64,000 nucleotides of DNA, taken from positions 19,594,001 to 19,658,000 of the forward strand of contig NC_087245.1 of the NCBI RefSeq assembly GCF_037042905.1. Direction: 5' to 3'. The notes beneath the pieces were generated by a model, which saw only the letters and a list, made by a program, of their open reading frames with translations, made no database searches and was not told the origin of the DNA. Made by a program: the position numbers and the translations under genes. This DNA comes from Lytechinus pictus. Lineage: Eukaryota. Below, in pieces: positions 1 through 13,600 of this stretch (position 1 is the first letter of the stretch; every line of letters begins with the position of its first letter).

Positions 1-1802
1 AATCACATTATCTTACTTTAAAAGCATTAGCCTAAGATTGTACAGTTCAATTTTTAAAATGCTTGTTTACTATCTACTCTAGATTTTGACATAAATTCAT
101 GCATACATTGCTTTTTGCTTCATTTTGGAAGAAAATGGAGTAGATATATTAACGTTGATTTTTTTCTAAGGTTAATGAATTAAGTGTCATTCTAATTTCA
201 TTATTGCCTATAACTCTGTTTATCTCTTTTTTCATTTGATTTATTGCACATGTTGCGTGTGTATCTATTTTGTAAATACAATGTATCATCATTATTTCAT
301 ACATGAATTCAGAGAAAATGTAAATAAAAAGAATCAAATGATCAAAGGAAAAATGTAGTACATATGGTTCAGTTTGGGGTGTAGGGACAGCGATTCATAT
401 TGCATAAAATTCAGGCAATACTGCAAACAAAATAAATACAAATGAAAAACTTTTTTATCCTTTATTGTGGTAAATAAAGTTTGGAGAAAATAGAGTGATG
501 ATTTAGCTGCAGTAATAAAGGCGTAGCCTGTGTGGAGGGGTAGACTGATTAATAGATATGTAGACTGAGACAACAACTCAAATTGAATAATTGGTTTAAA
601 AAACAGCTTCATATTTCATTGCGCAAAAACATTTTTATTTATGACATCACTAGAGCCTCCACACATCATCGCTGGGTGTGTGATGACGTTAACGGCTTGA
701 TAGACCCACTCCTGACGTTCATCACCACAGCAGAGCTCATACTTGGCATTTGCTTTGTCACAGAGAAAGTATGTCCGACAGCAGAGTTATGCAGACGTCC
801 GCAGAGATAACAGAGATTAATTATTGTGACACAAGATGAAGCGATATCGAAGGTTGTGAAAGGGCTTACCTCACAAACAGTAATTTCAAGAAAAGTAATG
901 CTATGCAATTTCCTGCAAGGCTTATTGTTCTACTCAGAATTCAATTGAGGCTCTCTGGTAGCAAATAAAGTTTTCCTTTTTGAGATGTGACAATGTTTTA
1001 TTTTGCTTGAAAGGCAATAGGTTGTGCTTTCAGAATCTGCAGGATTTTGGTGATAATGGATTTGATTTGATATTCCAAAATTAGAGAAATCATAAAATAA
1101 TAGCGTTACATGTATACTACTAATATCTCGAAAGAGCCAAAAAAGATAGATTATGTCCTTGAGTACTTCAACCCAATAAGGCCAGAATGCAAAATATTAT
1201 TCAATGAATTCCACATTCTAGAATTATTCATGCAGACATTAAGCTGATAACTTGGAGACGAACACTGGTGTCATTTTTTTTTACAGTACGATGCTATTTG
1301 GGAATATCTTTTCTTCAGTAATTATATATTTTAAACGATTCAGATAAAAGACAAGAGCTGAATAAAACTTTAAGAGATAAGATGATATAGATCTTAAATC
1401 AATAGAGATTGAATATACAGGGTTAACAATTCAATCAGTTAATTCACAAGGAAAACTGTACATTCCATGGAAAATCAATATAGAACTAAGGGTAAATTAA
1501 ATGTAAGTAAGTTGCAATATCTCAGGAATTTTGCTCCCATCCCCTTTTGCAGATTTCAACAGATAATTGCTGAATCATATACTGAGTATTATAGTAACAG
1601 CCTCAATAAACTTTTTTTTCAAATATGTCATACAATATTCAAAATGTGAGTAGTGACTTTTCATTGTCTCAACAATTTGGGCCACAAGATAAACATACCT
1701 ACATCAAACTCTGATAATTTTACCCAGTATGCCTGCAAGAGCCTTTTATCTTGAATGCCAAAAATACTTGAATGCTATATCACTATAATGAAATCACATA
1801 TT

Positions 1803-2339
1803 TTGATTACAAATAGGCCTATACTTTCAACAGGAGCATTCCATATCTACATTTGTTTTTAAAAAAATCTTGTGACCTTAAAAGTTATGGTTTCCTACAC
1901 AGTTTATGTGTACTAAACAGTGCTTCTTCATCACTTGTCTTCTCAATGAAAGGTGAAGAAACTTTCATCCCCCTTTTGTGAGCTGAGAGAGAGAGAAGGG
2001 GTGCATGGGAGGGGGTATGAAGAAACAAGGTGAGGGGCTGTTATTTCTAAAGAAGATAACAACCTACAAATAATTTCTACTTTGAAGGCTTACCCATTAC
2101 AAAGGTCAATAAATACCAGTATTTCCTCTACTCATCTACTTATCCTTATCTACTTAAATATCATCATCATCATCTATTCTACTTATCACCCTTATAATTG
2201 ATTACAAATAGGCCTATACTTTCACAGCATTCCATATTTACATTTGTTTTTAAAAAAATCTTGAGACCTTAAAAGTGATTGTTTCCTGCACAGTCTATGT
2301 GTACTAAACAGTGCTTCTTCATCATTTGTCTTCTTGATG
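1803..2339 (+). repeat. About 140-bp local direct duplication (1803-1948 and 2198-2339)
   Basis: tgattacaaataggcctatactttca...gtactaaacagtgcttcttcatca.ttgtcttc occurs twice. Confidence 0.9.
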
Positions 2340-2862
2340 TACATGGAACAATTTCTTCTTTCTTTTGTAATTTTGTGATTTTCTGTAATATTCTGTATGA
2401 TTGTTAATGTAAAATAAATGAAATGATATGAAATAAATGAAATGAAATGAAATGAAATAAAATAAATGAAATAAATGAAAATTCAGATATCATCTACATT
2501 ATCTACTTATCATCCCTTTCATCTAATTATCACACTCTATTGACCTTGTATATGAAATTTGTTGTTTGTTTATTCTATAAAATCTGTTCAAAATTTAAAA
2601 CTGTTTAACACTGGTATTGATTTACATGTACAAACATGATGTGCCAACATTTCCAGAAGTACATTTCTAAATACCAAGGGTTATAGGAAAGCAGCACAGC
2701 TGGTTCAAGGTTGGCATAATGTCACAAGGACGATCTGTAGATAGCTGGTGACTAAGACAGCAACCTCTCAGAGAATCTATGTGCTCACATTGATCACAAC
2801 GACCTTATCAAACTCACGTTCCAAAATGTTGTTTACATTTTCTAATTGCTTATCTGCTCAAA

Positions 2863-3115
2863 TCCAGTAGATCAGTCTTTGAACTTTGAAACAGAGGGTT
2901 GTGGGTTCAAATCCAAGCCATAGCATAATTTCATTGAGCAAGAAATTGATCCACAATGTGCTGCACTTAACCCAGGTGAGGCAAATGGGTACCAGCAATA
3001 ATTAAATCCTCAAAAAGCTGTGATCACTGGAATCAGTAGACTACCTTAGCTGGGATAATGTAGGAGCACCTTGAGCATCTAATGTGTGTTAATGCAAATT
3101 CCATATTATTATCAT
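2863..3115 (+). mobile_element. Diverged tRNA-derived SINE (same head and core as 34536)
   Basis: actttgaaacagagggttgtgggttcaaatcc...tgctgcacttaacccaggtgaggcaaatgggtacc...tattattatc. Confidence 0.82.
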
Positions 3116-4500
3116 TAATAAAAATTATGAACAACATCAAACTAACGCATAATCTATGTGCTGACATTCAATGTCAACACCCTTTAAATCAAGTTCATGT
3201 TTTTTTGTTTACATTTTTAATTGCTTATTTGCTTGATTACATACATTTATAATAATATAATAATAATAATCTTATTTACCGCAAATTTGCAAATTGCCTC
3301 TAAGCGGTTATACCACTTTGCCCTATAAGAAAATACCATGATTTTAAAAATAATATTTACTAAAATAAATGAAAAAAAAGCTTGAATGTCTTAAAAGAAT
3401 TATAATGTACCTGTACAGTATGTGTTCAGAGCTCACCATAACCTTTAGCACATTTGTGTTCCAAGTTTTTGTGTTAAATCCGCATGTACTGAAATGCTCA
3501 AATAATTTATGAACCTAGTATGAGTATACCTTCTGCTTCCTCCTTCAATTTTGATAAAAATAATAAAAAGGCTACCATACTAAATAAAAAACCTTCCATG
3601 TAACATCAAAATATAATTAGTAATACCTAAATTGATTTTTCCAAAATCTTTAAAATCAAATGTGCCTATCTACTATCCAGTTCTAATCATGTAATTAATG
3701 AAAGCTAATATTAGCATTTAAATTATGCATCTTTTTATATTTCCTTTTGCATTCTTCCATAGATTTAAACTATTGTTGACCTATTTTGAGGTCATTGTCT
3801 ACTTCCTGTGTGGGTTATTATATGTAATTGCTTGATTAATTCAATATAACAACAAACTTGATTGATTCACCAATTACCAACAGCCCTAAGAGCATTAAAT
3901 TCATGTTTGTTTTGTTAAATTAAAATAAATTACAAAACGAATCAGTATTCGCCATTTTCGGGAATTTGCAGCATAAACTGTACAATTTTCTATCTCACTT
4001 CCAGTAATTTACGAAATAAAAGTGGTGTGGGTTGGTGTGTGTACTTGGGTGTGTATGTTTCATAAATCCCCCTTACTCTTTCTTATCATTACAAACATAT
4101 TTTGTCTATATCAGAAATAATTATATTTCTTATTTTCTCTTTCACATTTTTTAAGGTTGCTTTTTTTCTCCCTTGTCACAAGAGCTCTCTGCTTTTTTAG
4201 AATCCCAAACCAATCAAGTTATCACTATTATAAATTGATTGTTAAAAACTGTTGGTTTAAATGAATAAAAGTTTTATTCTGATAAAAGATTATAATTTTA
4301 TAATAAAAACATTCAAGATGTGATCATTATTTATAATTAAAATGTCAATATACTTTGAACACTAGCAAAATTCTAGATATTCATCTGAAACAAGGAGAAC
4401 GAGTTGTTGAAAAGAAATGATTTAAAAATTACTGTTTTTACCAGAAATGATAATGGGCTTATCATGTACACCTATCTCTAGCACTGTAGGCCTACAGTAC

Positions 4501-4566
4501 CAGCTGTCTATACACACATGTATACTCTGGCCAGGCACCCATATAAGGAAAGGCTCATGCATTCCA
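4501..4566. promoter_or_regulatory. Candidate muscle enhancer: E-box + CArG + MCAT
   Basis: CAGCTG 4501-4506, CCATATAAGG 4539-4548, CATTCCA 4560-4566. Confidence 0.45.
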
Positions 4567-5665
4567 ATACCACAGTCGGCTTATGTATGGAACAGACGCA
4601 AGGCACTGGTAGTGTTACCCCCATCCGTATGGGTGTGTGCTGTATAGAATCTCCCCCCCCCCCTTTCCTAACACATTATTACATCCATGAATGTATGTAC
4701 AACGCATTTACAGCCACAAGAATTTGGACAACACATTAGACACCCCCATATGATTTTGTGTTTTCATTCAAGCAATAAAACCACATCCACCAAATTTTAC
4801 AACCTTGTTTTATTCAATTTTCTAATCAATGAATTTGTTCATTTCTATCATTAAGCTGATGAAATGTGATGTTTCCATGAAAACAAACATTTTATTTTGC
4901 CCCCCTCTCATTTCTCATGATATATATATATACTTAATTCAAGTACCTTCACTTTGATATATTTTTCATGAATAAAAGTCATTTTTATATTGGATTAATG
5001 ATTTTATAACTGATGAAAATTAATCAACTGTTTCCAAGATTTGAGGAGTCACATTAATAAATAGAAATAACCTAAAATGTGCCAAAAATTTTGTACCAGT
5101 CTTATTGCATAAAAGGTGAAATTATTCACAATCAAATAATGTAAAGATAATGGATAAGAAATCATCCTGTAGTATTTGAAAGCTGGCCTATGACCAATGA
5201 TCAGAATTTCATTCTTAAAAAAAACAAATGTGGTTTTGTAACTCTGATATTATTTTGTGGGCAACAGAAATATCCATGTAATGTACATTGAACAAATACT
5301 TTGAATTAAATCACGGAGGTGAGATGAACTCTCTGATTAAATTTAATCAATTCACCATATTGGAAGACAAAATATTCATTAGGATTGTCACATCGGTGAC
5401 CCCTCCCCCTCCAAATTATATTAATTCAACAGACTGGATATAGATTAGCTTTCAATGCTTATAACAACTCCATGACCCATCCAGTTCTCAATCTATGACC
5501 GGCCGGGGGTGTCCACTTAAAGTTAAGCATGACTGAATAATCAACCTTAAAAATTCCAAGATTGGTGTAGTATATAATACATCACTGCATTGGACAGATG
5601 ATACTAAAGAGACGTGTACTTCTACTAATTGACTACCACTAACGACATTACATGTTGAACATCAT

Positions 5666-5857
5666 CAGGGGTGTGACCGTGTGAGTGGTCACAAATAAAA
5701 AGATCTGAAAAAGCTGAAGATTGTTGAAAAAGTCTGAAATAGAAAGAGCTCCCATACTTTTTGTATAGAGGAAGGCCAAAAATAAGCTGAAATTAAGCTG
5801 AAAATCAAAACAAAAAAAATCTGAAATCAGATAAAAATCTGAACTCTCACACCCCTG
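5666..5857. mobile_element. Short TIR element with internal (aaaa.ctg)n repeats
   Basis: caggggtgtga / tcacacccctg 11-bp TIR, with catcat on both sides. Confidence 0.65.
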
Positions 5858-5922
5858 CATCATGTACAGTTGGCACAATCAAATATTTGTGAAACACCCC
5901 CAGTTATTATTCATCTACTTAA

Positions 5923-6725
5923 ATGGGAAGTTCATCCTGACAATAAGTTGGTTTTAATAAAATCAAATAAATTAGAAAATAAAATATTGGTGAAGGTTTG
6001 ATTAAAATCCATCTAAGAATAAGAGTCATGAAGTTTGAAGTTTTTCAATTTGTGATGTAATATGGAAGCGGCTTCCCAATATTATATTTAATATGAATTC
6101 CATAAATTCCAATTTTGTATCACTTTTTTTATAGGCACTGTAAAAAAAACTGTTAAACATTAAATAATAATAATAATAATAATAATATAGGGTATTTATA
6201 TTGCGCACATATCCACCTTGTTAGGTGCTCAAGGCGCTCCTATATTACCCGGCTAAGCTAGGCGTTCATAGCGCACACAGCTTTTTAAGGAATTACTTCC
6301 TACCTTAAAGCTCATTGTTATTCTCAAAACTTTTGTCTCAAATGTTAAAGTTGTTTTAAAAAGTTTTAAAAGTTTTTAAAGATGAAACAATTGTTAAAAA
6401 GTTTATAAACAACTTGTTCTTAGAGTGACAGACTTAAAAAATTAGCTATTCTTTTTACTGGAAAGGTATGAAATGATGTGTCTGATGATATATATATACT
6501 GCACAAAGAAAATCACTTTCAATTTTTTAAGAAAATTACATTTTAGGGAATTTATATCTCATGCCATAAGGAGGGAGCTGCTCATCTGTGACGTCACAAT
6601 ATCAAAGCTTTAAAAATGTCATATCTCAGTTATACTTTGATGGATTTTCCCCAACCTTCACCAGCATCTTTCTATATTTTTCTGCTTCTGCTAAAACAAA
6701 CTCATTGTCAGTGTGAACGTCCCCT
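5923..6725. mobile_element. Degenerate TTAA-flanked (Kolobok-like) element with a nested SINE fragment
   Basis: ttaa|atgggaagttcatcctgacaat ... attgtcagtgtgaacgtcccct|tgaa; internal similarity to 16060-16636. Confidence 0.65.
6163..6304 (-). mobile_element. SINE 3' fragment with (TAT)n tail
   Basis: Reverse complement aligns with the 3' part of 2863-3115 (aaaaagctgtg..ttagc.ggg..ggagc.ccttgagca.ctaa). Confidence 0.8.
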
Positions 6726-7010
6726 TGAAATACATGTCCATTGTTGTCAGCAGAAAAGAATATAGATCTGAATTAAACAGAAAGGTTAAAAATTTCAACC
6801 TTAAATCCTGTACATGATCATTTGTCGTTTCACTCATGATTTTAGGATAGTTTTCAGTATCTAAATTGTGTGGAATATGTAGGCCCAATTGTATAATTTG
6901 TTCATAAAGAACATTTGTCGTATGTGATATGTCAGTGTTTCATATAGTCACTATCTTGGGCAAAAGGGACTCTCATTGATTTTAAGTTTGTACAATCAAG
7001 ATATTAAGAT

Positions 7011-7173
7011 CAGGGCCCATTGCATAAAGTTACTATTATGGTAACTTTGCCATCCACTGGTAACTTTAATATAGAATCTTTGATTTTGATTGGCTGTTGA
7101 TCAGCGTTACCATGGTAGTTAACATTTGATGGCAAAGTTACCATAATAGTAACTTTTATGCACCGGGGCCCTG
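7011..7173. mobile_element. Palindromic MITE, copy 1
   Basis: About 45-bp TIRs cagggccc.ttgcataaagttactattatggtaactttgccatc; second copy at 53353. Confidence 0.85.
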
Positions 7174-8187
7174 GAATGTTATCAATGCCAAATGGCCTGT
7201 ACTTCATTATACATCTTATTTTGTCCCTTGTCTTGCTACTAAGAAAAAAAATGGATTGGTAAAGAATATAGGTGCCTCCCCACTTGGGCCCAATTTCTCA
7301 CTTGCATCAATGAATAGGTGAATAGTTTGGGTAAATGTTTAAATCTAAAGATGAGAAGTATTGTCAGGATTTAAAAAAAATCACCAAATTTGTAAAAAGT
7401 ATTTCACTCTTTAAAAAAAATAAAAATAAAAAATGTAATTTTCTTTTTTTTAAGAATTTGCATTTCCTTAAACTAGTTTCTCTTTCTGTTCCACTCAAAA
7501 GCCATTGTTTTAAAAGATACACCACTTCTGTTATGGTTCACATCTTCTAATCCACTGAATGTGCAAGTGAAATAAAAATAAATTGTCCATCAGAGAAGAG
7601 ATGGCACCGGTGTTGAGCTCAATAATCACATTCACTAGCACATTTCCAAATGAGCATAGTTTAAAGGGGAATCCATCCTAAGTGGAAAATTGCTTGAAAA
7701 GAAATTAGACAATCAGAGAAACAGATGTGCTTTGGACAGAACCACAAATTCCCAATAATTGATAACTGTATTCATGTCAATGGGAAAGTTTTCATTACCA
7801 CTTGTAATAAAATATACAATACAAGTTACATTTATATCGTGTATTCCATTAATATTTCAATTAATAACTGATTACACATGTATAAAAAAAATTCCAACAG
7901 CCATACCCTTCTTAATCCTTGTCTTATTTCTTTCAATCATCCACTATGAAAGAAAAAAAAAGTAATCCAGCTTGGGTAAAAACCTTGCATTTTGGTTATA
8001 AATGCTCAGGGAAGTGAGAAAACATGGTTGCCATAGCATTTTGTCTAACGTCAAGTCTTTCCTGTGACATGGTATAGTGAATTTATCTTTTATCAAAGAT
8101 CCAAGACTTGATCTGGACATCTTGCGAAATCTTGTGATGTTATTCTGATTCTTATTTCTATGCTCTACGCATTAATCTAATTCAGCT

Positions 8188-8240
8188 AGAAATTCATCCA
8201 AATAGTGCTGCACTCATTCCAGGAGAGGTAAATGGGGACC
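8188..8240 (+). mobile_element. SINE core fragment
   Basis: agaaattcatcca..gtgctgcactcattccaggagaggtaaatggggacc resembles the core at 34625-34678. Confidence 0.6.
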
Positions 8241-10580
8241 TTTCATTAATAGTACGTAACAGGATTTCTCGATTTTCTTGCTTCAATTTATCGGCCCGAA
8301 AAACATTGTAATCCTGAAGCGTGTGCGCAGTCATTTTGTTCTGTTTGTTTGGTCGCATTTACGCTACAAAGTGTTGACGCCCTCTCTGTTCATTGCTATT
8401 ATTTTCATAACTATACTTGGTTGACCAAGGTTAGGACATGATTTTATCAATTTGAAAATTGCATATATAGATCTAGATAGGGAAACGAGGCCTAAATCTA
8501 TATTCGTTGGTGATACTGAATTTCTGATATATTTCTTTATTTTAGAGGCACACCAGTGTGGAAAAAATTGTTGGGTGCGCATCGGTGGACTGCCCTGTTT
8601 GACTCAGGGTTAATCACTATTATCACCATTATTACTATTTTTCTATTATTTTATTACTAATATCATTATCAGCTATAGTATTAGTAGTAGCAGTAGTAGT
8701 AGTAGTAGTATCATCATTATTACCATCAACAATGTTATCATTATCACTATCACTACCAATTAGGCCCTCCATTACCATTTTCATTATTATTATCATTACC
8801 ATTATATCTTATACTTCATACTTGATTATCCAAAAAAAGGTCAAGTGACCCTTGAATGAGATATAAACACATGAAGACTCCATCTTGAAAGTCTTAAGGG
8901 AATTGTCTCACTAACAATTCCCTTGTCTTTTTCATCAGTCACACACAATACCAAAATGACTTTCCAAAACCAGTCTCATTGTACTTCACAGAGAGGGTCA
9001 GGGGGTAGTGAGAGCTTAATGAAAGCAGCATTCTTGGTCATTAGTGTACTATTTTGAGATAACTGGCCGCCTCTGAAGTAGGCACTTGGGAAATGTATAA
9101 GGTATTTACAATATATTTCCATGGGTATTTCTGTATTAAAAGCCTTATTAATACATTTTGAATATAAATTCAATGTAATACCAGGACACATGTATGTGAT
9201 TGCCCATGAATATTTCGCACAAATTTCATTGCATTGATTTTATGATGCACAAAAACATTGTAGCTTAATAAAAGCATATCTTTCACACAAGATCAAGTGA
9301 AATATTCTAAAAGCAATCAAAACAAATTCATTCCTAATATAATTGTAACTTTCTCCTGGACATATACCAGTATTATAAATAAACAATAGAAGTTGGGTCT
9401 GCTGGTAACACAAAATCTTATTTCCTTTCTTAAATATGTCCCGATTCATCATTAATCAATTTTGATGTATTACAAGGTTAAAACAGCAATTATTCAGATT
9501 GGATCAATTACCCCCCCTTATAGAAAATAGGTTAGACATGACTATTGAGTTATTGATTATATGTCTAGATTACCTTAAAAAAGTTCCAACAAAAGAATTT
9601 AATTGATAAATAATCAACAAGCCAAACATGTGTACATACTAGTAAGTAACGAATATTAAATTGTTAATTCTTTTTATCAAAATTTCAAGAACTGCTATAA
9701 GCACCAATGCTTTACATAATAATAACTAACGGTTATTAATGGTATACAAAATGGTGTAAGAATAATTCAATTAGTTTCAATTATCAAAATTGAAGGTTCT
9801 TCTGTTGTTCATTTTCCCAGGAATGTGGCTCACTAATGTGTAAATGTACTCCCAAATTCACTGTAGATGGAGATTTGTTAATGTAAATACATCTTTCACT
9901 AAATTACTGGAAAAATCCAGAACATAAGCATGCAGAATGATTCTTTTAAAAGATACATTACCACCAAACTTCCTCAGATACAACAATGACTTAGTTAACC
10001 ATGTATGTCCTTTATGTAATATCCACATAGACATGAAAGAAAGATGGATGCCTACCGCTTCTTATGTCTGACTTAACACCAGATCCATCCCGAGGTGCCG
10101 AAGGGGCACCAAAATGTCTCCTCGAGGTGATGGTATTCCTCGCTAAGGGAACTAAGTTACTTTCCAAACGTTTCACACTACAATTGTTGCTGTTTTTTTC
10201 TTAATCCTTCAGTTGCAAAAGGGGAAAAACTTAAACATTCGTATTCGCTCCAAGCGTTACTTAGATAATGGAGTCCAGCTCCCAACTTTGTCATCCCGTG
10301 TGGCACACAGCAACAAGCAGAGATGGTCTTCAATTAAAAGAAAGACCGACTTGCAAATTGACCGTGTAGTTCGAACAGCAAAATGGAAAAGCAGACCCTC
10401 CTATCGGGGGCCCCCTTAGGTTCCAATCAGTGGTACAATACCACGGAGCATGATAAATTACTGCAGTACTCAGTCATAGTTAGGTACACAAGAGGGAGGG
10501 AGAGAGTTAAAGAGAGAGAGAGACAGAGAGAGAGAGTAACAAAGAAAGATAGGGGTATGGTATGCAAAGGATTGTGGGTA

Positions 10581-10655
10581 ATTGGGACTGCCTCCCATAT
10601 ATGGCTAGCTTGGCTGTGATTGGTGGAAAGCTAGGGCTGGCAGCCATGACATCAT
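10581..10655 (-). promoter_or_regulatory. Candidate muscle-type promoter: CArG box flanked by CCAAT boxes
   Basis: CCATATATGG 10595-10604; minus-strand CCAAT at about 10585 and 10623; tgacatca 10647; CT-rich tract 10491-10537; donor GCG|GTAGGC at 10055. Confidence 0.45.
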
Positions 10656-13600
10656 ATCCCTGTCAGTGTAAGATGCTGGCTGAGTGATGGGAGGATAGTC
10701 TTGGTGTTCCAGACTCCTATTAGCTCAGACATTCAGATTTATAGCAATTTAAAAATGAACTGTCTGAAAGATGCCTAAACAATAGGCCCAAATCTTTTAT
10801 ATCCATGTCACCACAATTCCCTTTAAAATTAAAGCCTACTTAATAAAAATAACTAAATTAATGCAAAAAAAATCAACAACATGAATAATACATGTCATCA
10901 ATGGGGGATGGTTGTGAGAAAAAAATGTTCATCATGACTATGTCAAACAACTACGAGTTCTCCACACTGGAAAGTTGATTTATCAGAATTCATTTATAAC
11001 TGGATCATATGTATGTTGTTTATGCTATTAATGGTTGCCCCTCACATATCCATATGAATGATGGTCAGACAAATTGACTCATTAGGCCAGTCTCATGTAT
11101 GATGATCAAATGACTTACAGGGAATACATGAAAATCATATAAGAATTATATAATAATCATACAAGCATTACATGTAGCAGATAAGAAACATTATTACCAT
11201 GTATTATAAATTACTAAGAATCAAATAATCATATAAGATTCATATTTAGAATCATTTCAACTTAAACATAAATATTTGGAATTAAGAAGTATCTCTAAGT
11301 ACTAATCATATTCTGCTTTTATAAAGCACTTGATACATCAGACATTTTCAAGCGCTTTACAGTTATATTGCCATTTCAGGAAATGCTCAGCAGACAATTA
11401 TTCAAGACATTAAGAAAAGAGAATATTTCTCCTTCTTTCCTTCTTTTAGTATTGGGAGCCCTTCTTAGTTTTAGTTTCCTATTTTTGTATAATATAAATC
11501 TCTGGGAGGAAAAAAAATATTCGTTTTGTTACACTGGAAGTGGGGGGAAGACAACAAAAAAGGCCCTATTGATAGCTGTTACTGAAATGACAAATCTAAA
11601 CAAAGAACTGGAATGTGACTTAGCAAATGGCCTTTTAATTTATTTTTAAATGCATTTAGAGTGAATAATGAAATATGCAGATATCAACATTCTATTGCCT
11701 GAGCAACATCTTTAGAATGGTTTATAGAATGAGTTTAGTTGCAACTTAAATGAATGATATTGGGCCTGTTGCATAGAAGAAAAACACTTGAAAATTTTTG
11801 GCCAAATTATGTATTCAGTGTTAATGACATAATTTTGTTTGCCAGAGTTTTTTTTCCGAGGCAATGGTTATATGTCACAGGCCACTGAAGTACAATTGAG
11901 GGTAAACATTTTGGTACATTAAATTTCATTAATTCATTAGGTAACAAGACATTCTCAGGCTATTAATTAATCAAGGCCATGGTCGTGGATACGCTATTGT
12001 TTGACCTCAATGCCCCTTTTATCAATCTTGGGATATCTTTTTTTTCTTTTCCCCATTTGTGCTCTAATATAAAAATGTCCCATATAGAATTTTGACATTT
12101 ATGGCCTGCATATATACTATAGCAAGAACGCATTTTTCAAATCATTTTTTTTTTTTCGATATCTTTCTCAGCATCTAAAACTTATATAAAATCATATTTG
12201 TATGGTAGTATGCTAGTCAATGGCATAATTAGTTACAGCACACACACAATGCCACTCCCTCAACATTTCACTACAAATTATTCATACCTCATGCAACATG
12301 CATCTGCAATGCCTGTCTGGCCCCTTCGGACATTTTTATTGCACAATCGGAATATTTCCATGTCTTAGACCTTATCTTTGTCACGGACCTGAAGTCCCAA
12401 CTGACAACAAATTGCTTTCAGTAGACAGCTCTTGCCAAAATACCAAGCATTCCATCCCCACATCCCGACTCTTAACTTTCCTTTCCTATTTCTTAAAGGC
12501 AAGGTGCATTCATCAGTCATTTTTCTTGCCTAAAAGAAAAGTTTATCACTTATGTAAAAGTATATCTTTGATATTTACATGTTTGGGTTATCAGAGCTTG
12601 TGATAACAAAGATTTATCGCCTAAAAACAATAATGATCAGCAAAAAGGGCATGTATGATTGATATCCACCTCATAATTTTCAATCTATTTTGAATTCAAA
12701 TGGAAAAATTTTATACCACATTCATTTTATTAACTATTCAATTCTATATACAACCTATGGGATTACACCAGGTACATCTAATGACAGTTTTCCAAAGTAA
12801 AGTTCAGATGAAAGTTGAATGTATTATAAAGCATGTTATACCTCAAAAATAAAAAATAAAAAATCATTAAGAGGAGACCCCTTCTATACATCCTCAAGCT
12901 TACTAACAAATTGTGGCTTGCTATATTGAGCTGTGATATAACACACCAGTCAGCCTAGAATATTTCAATGTTTGTGATGTTCTATTTTAGTTGCTGAGGC
13001 AGTACAGACATCGTTGCTTTCATTCGCTCTTAAATAAGCAACAGGAAGAAGATGTATAACGATCCCTGTCATCTGTTGAAAGATAATATACCAATCACAG
13101 ATGTTTATCCAGAAAGGGGTAAAGCTTAAGGTAAATGTTAAAGATGATGTAAAGGTCTTGTGCATAGTGAATCCTTATGAATGCTCTCCTTTCATTTCAT
13201 TATCATTTTGATATTTTGTCTGGAATCGCATTAATCAGACTTTTACCTTTCTTTCCTCATTTTCAGCTATTTAAATGGGATCCCTTCTCCCTTTATTTAT
13301 TCCTCCTCGTCCTTTGATCTTTTTGTTTTATTTTATTTTTCATTGCGTTTCTTTTCCTTTTTTTTCTCTTCATTCACACTTTCCTTTCATTATGGTTATA
13401 TTTTTTCAAACATAACTTTTATTCACCATCTATCTTTCTCTCTCATTCTTCTTATTCTTTATTTTCAGAAGATAACAGTGGAAACTGCTGTATTTAACAT
13501 TTTCTTGGAATCAATTAATTCATTTTTATGCTGTTATTTTAACAAATTAGCCATCTATTTGTTTGCTTCTCTGGTACAAATTACAAATATTTCATTGTAC

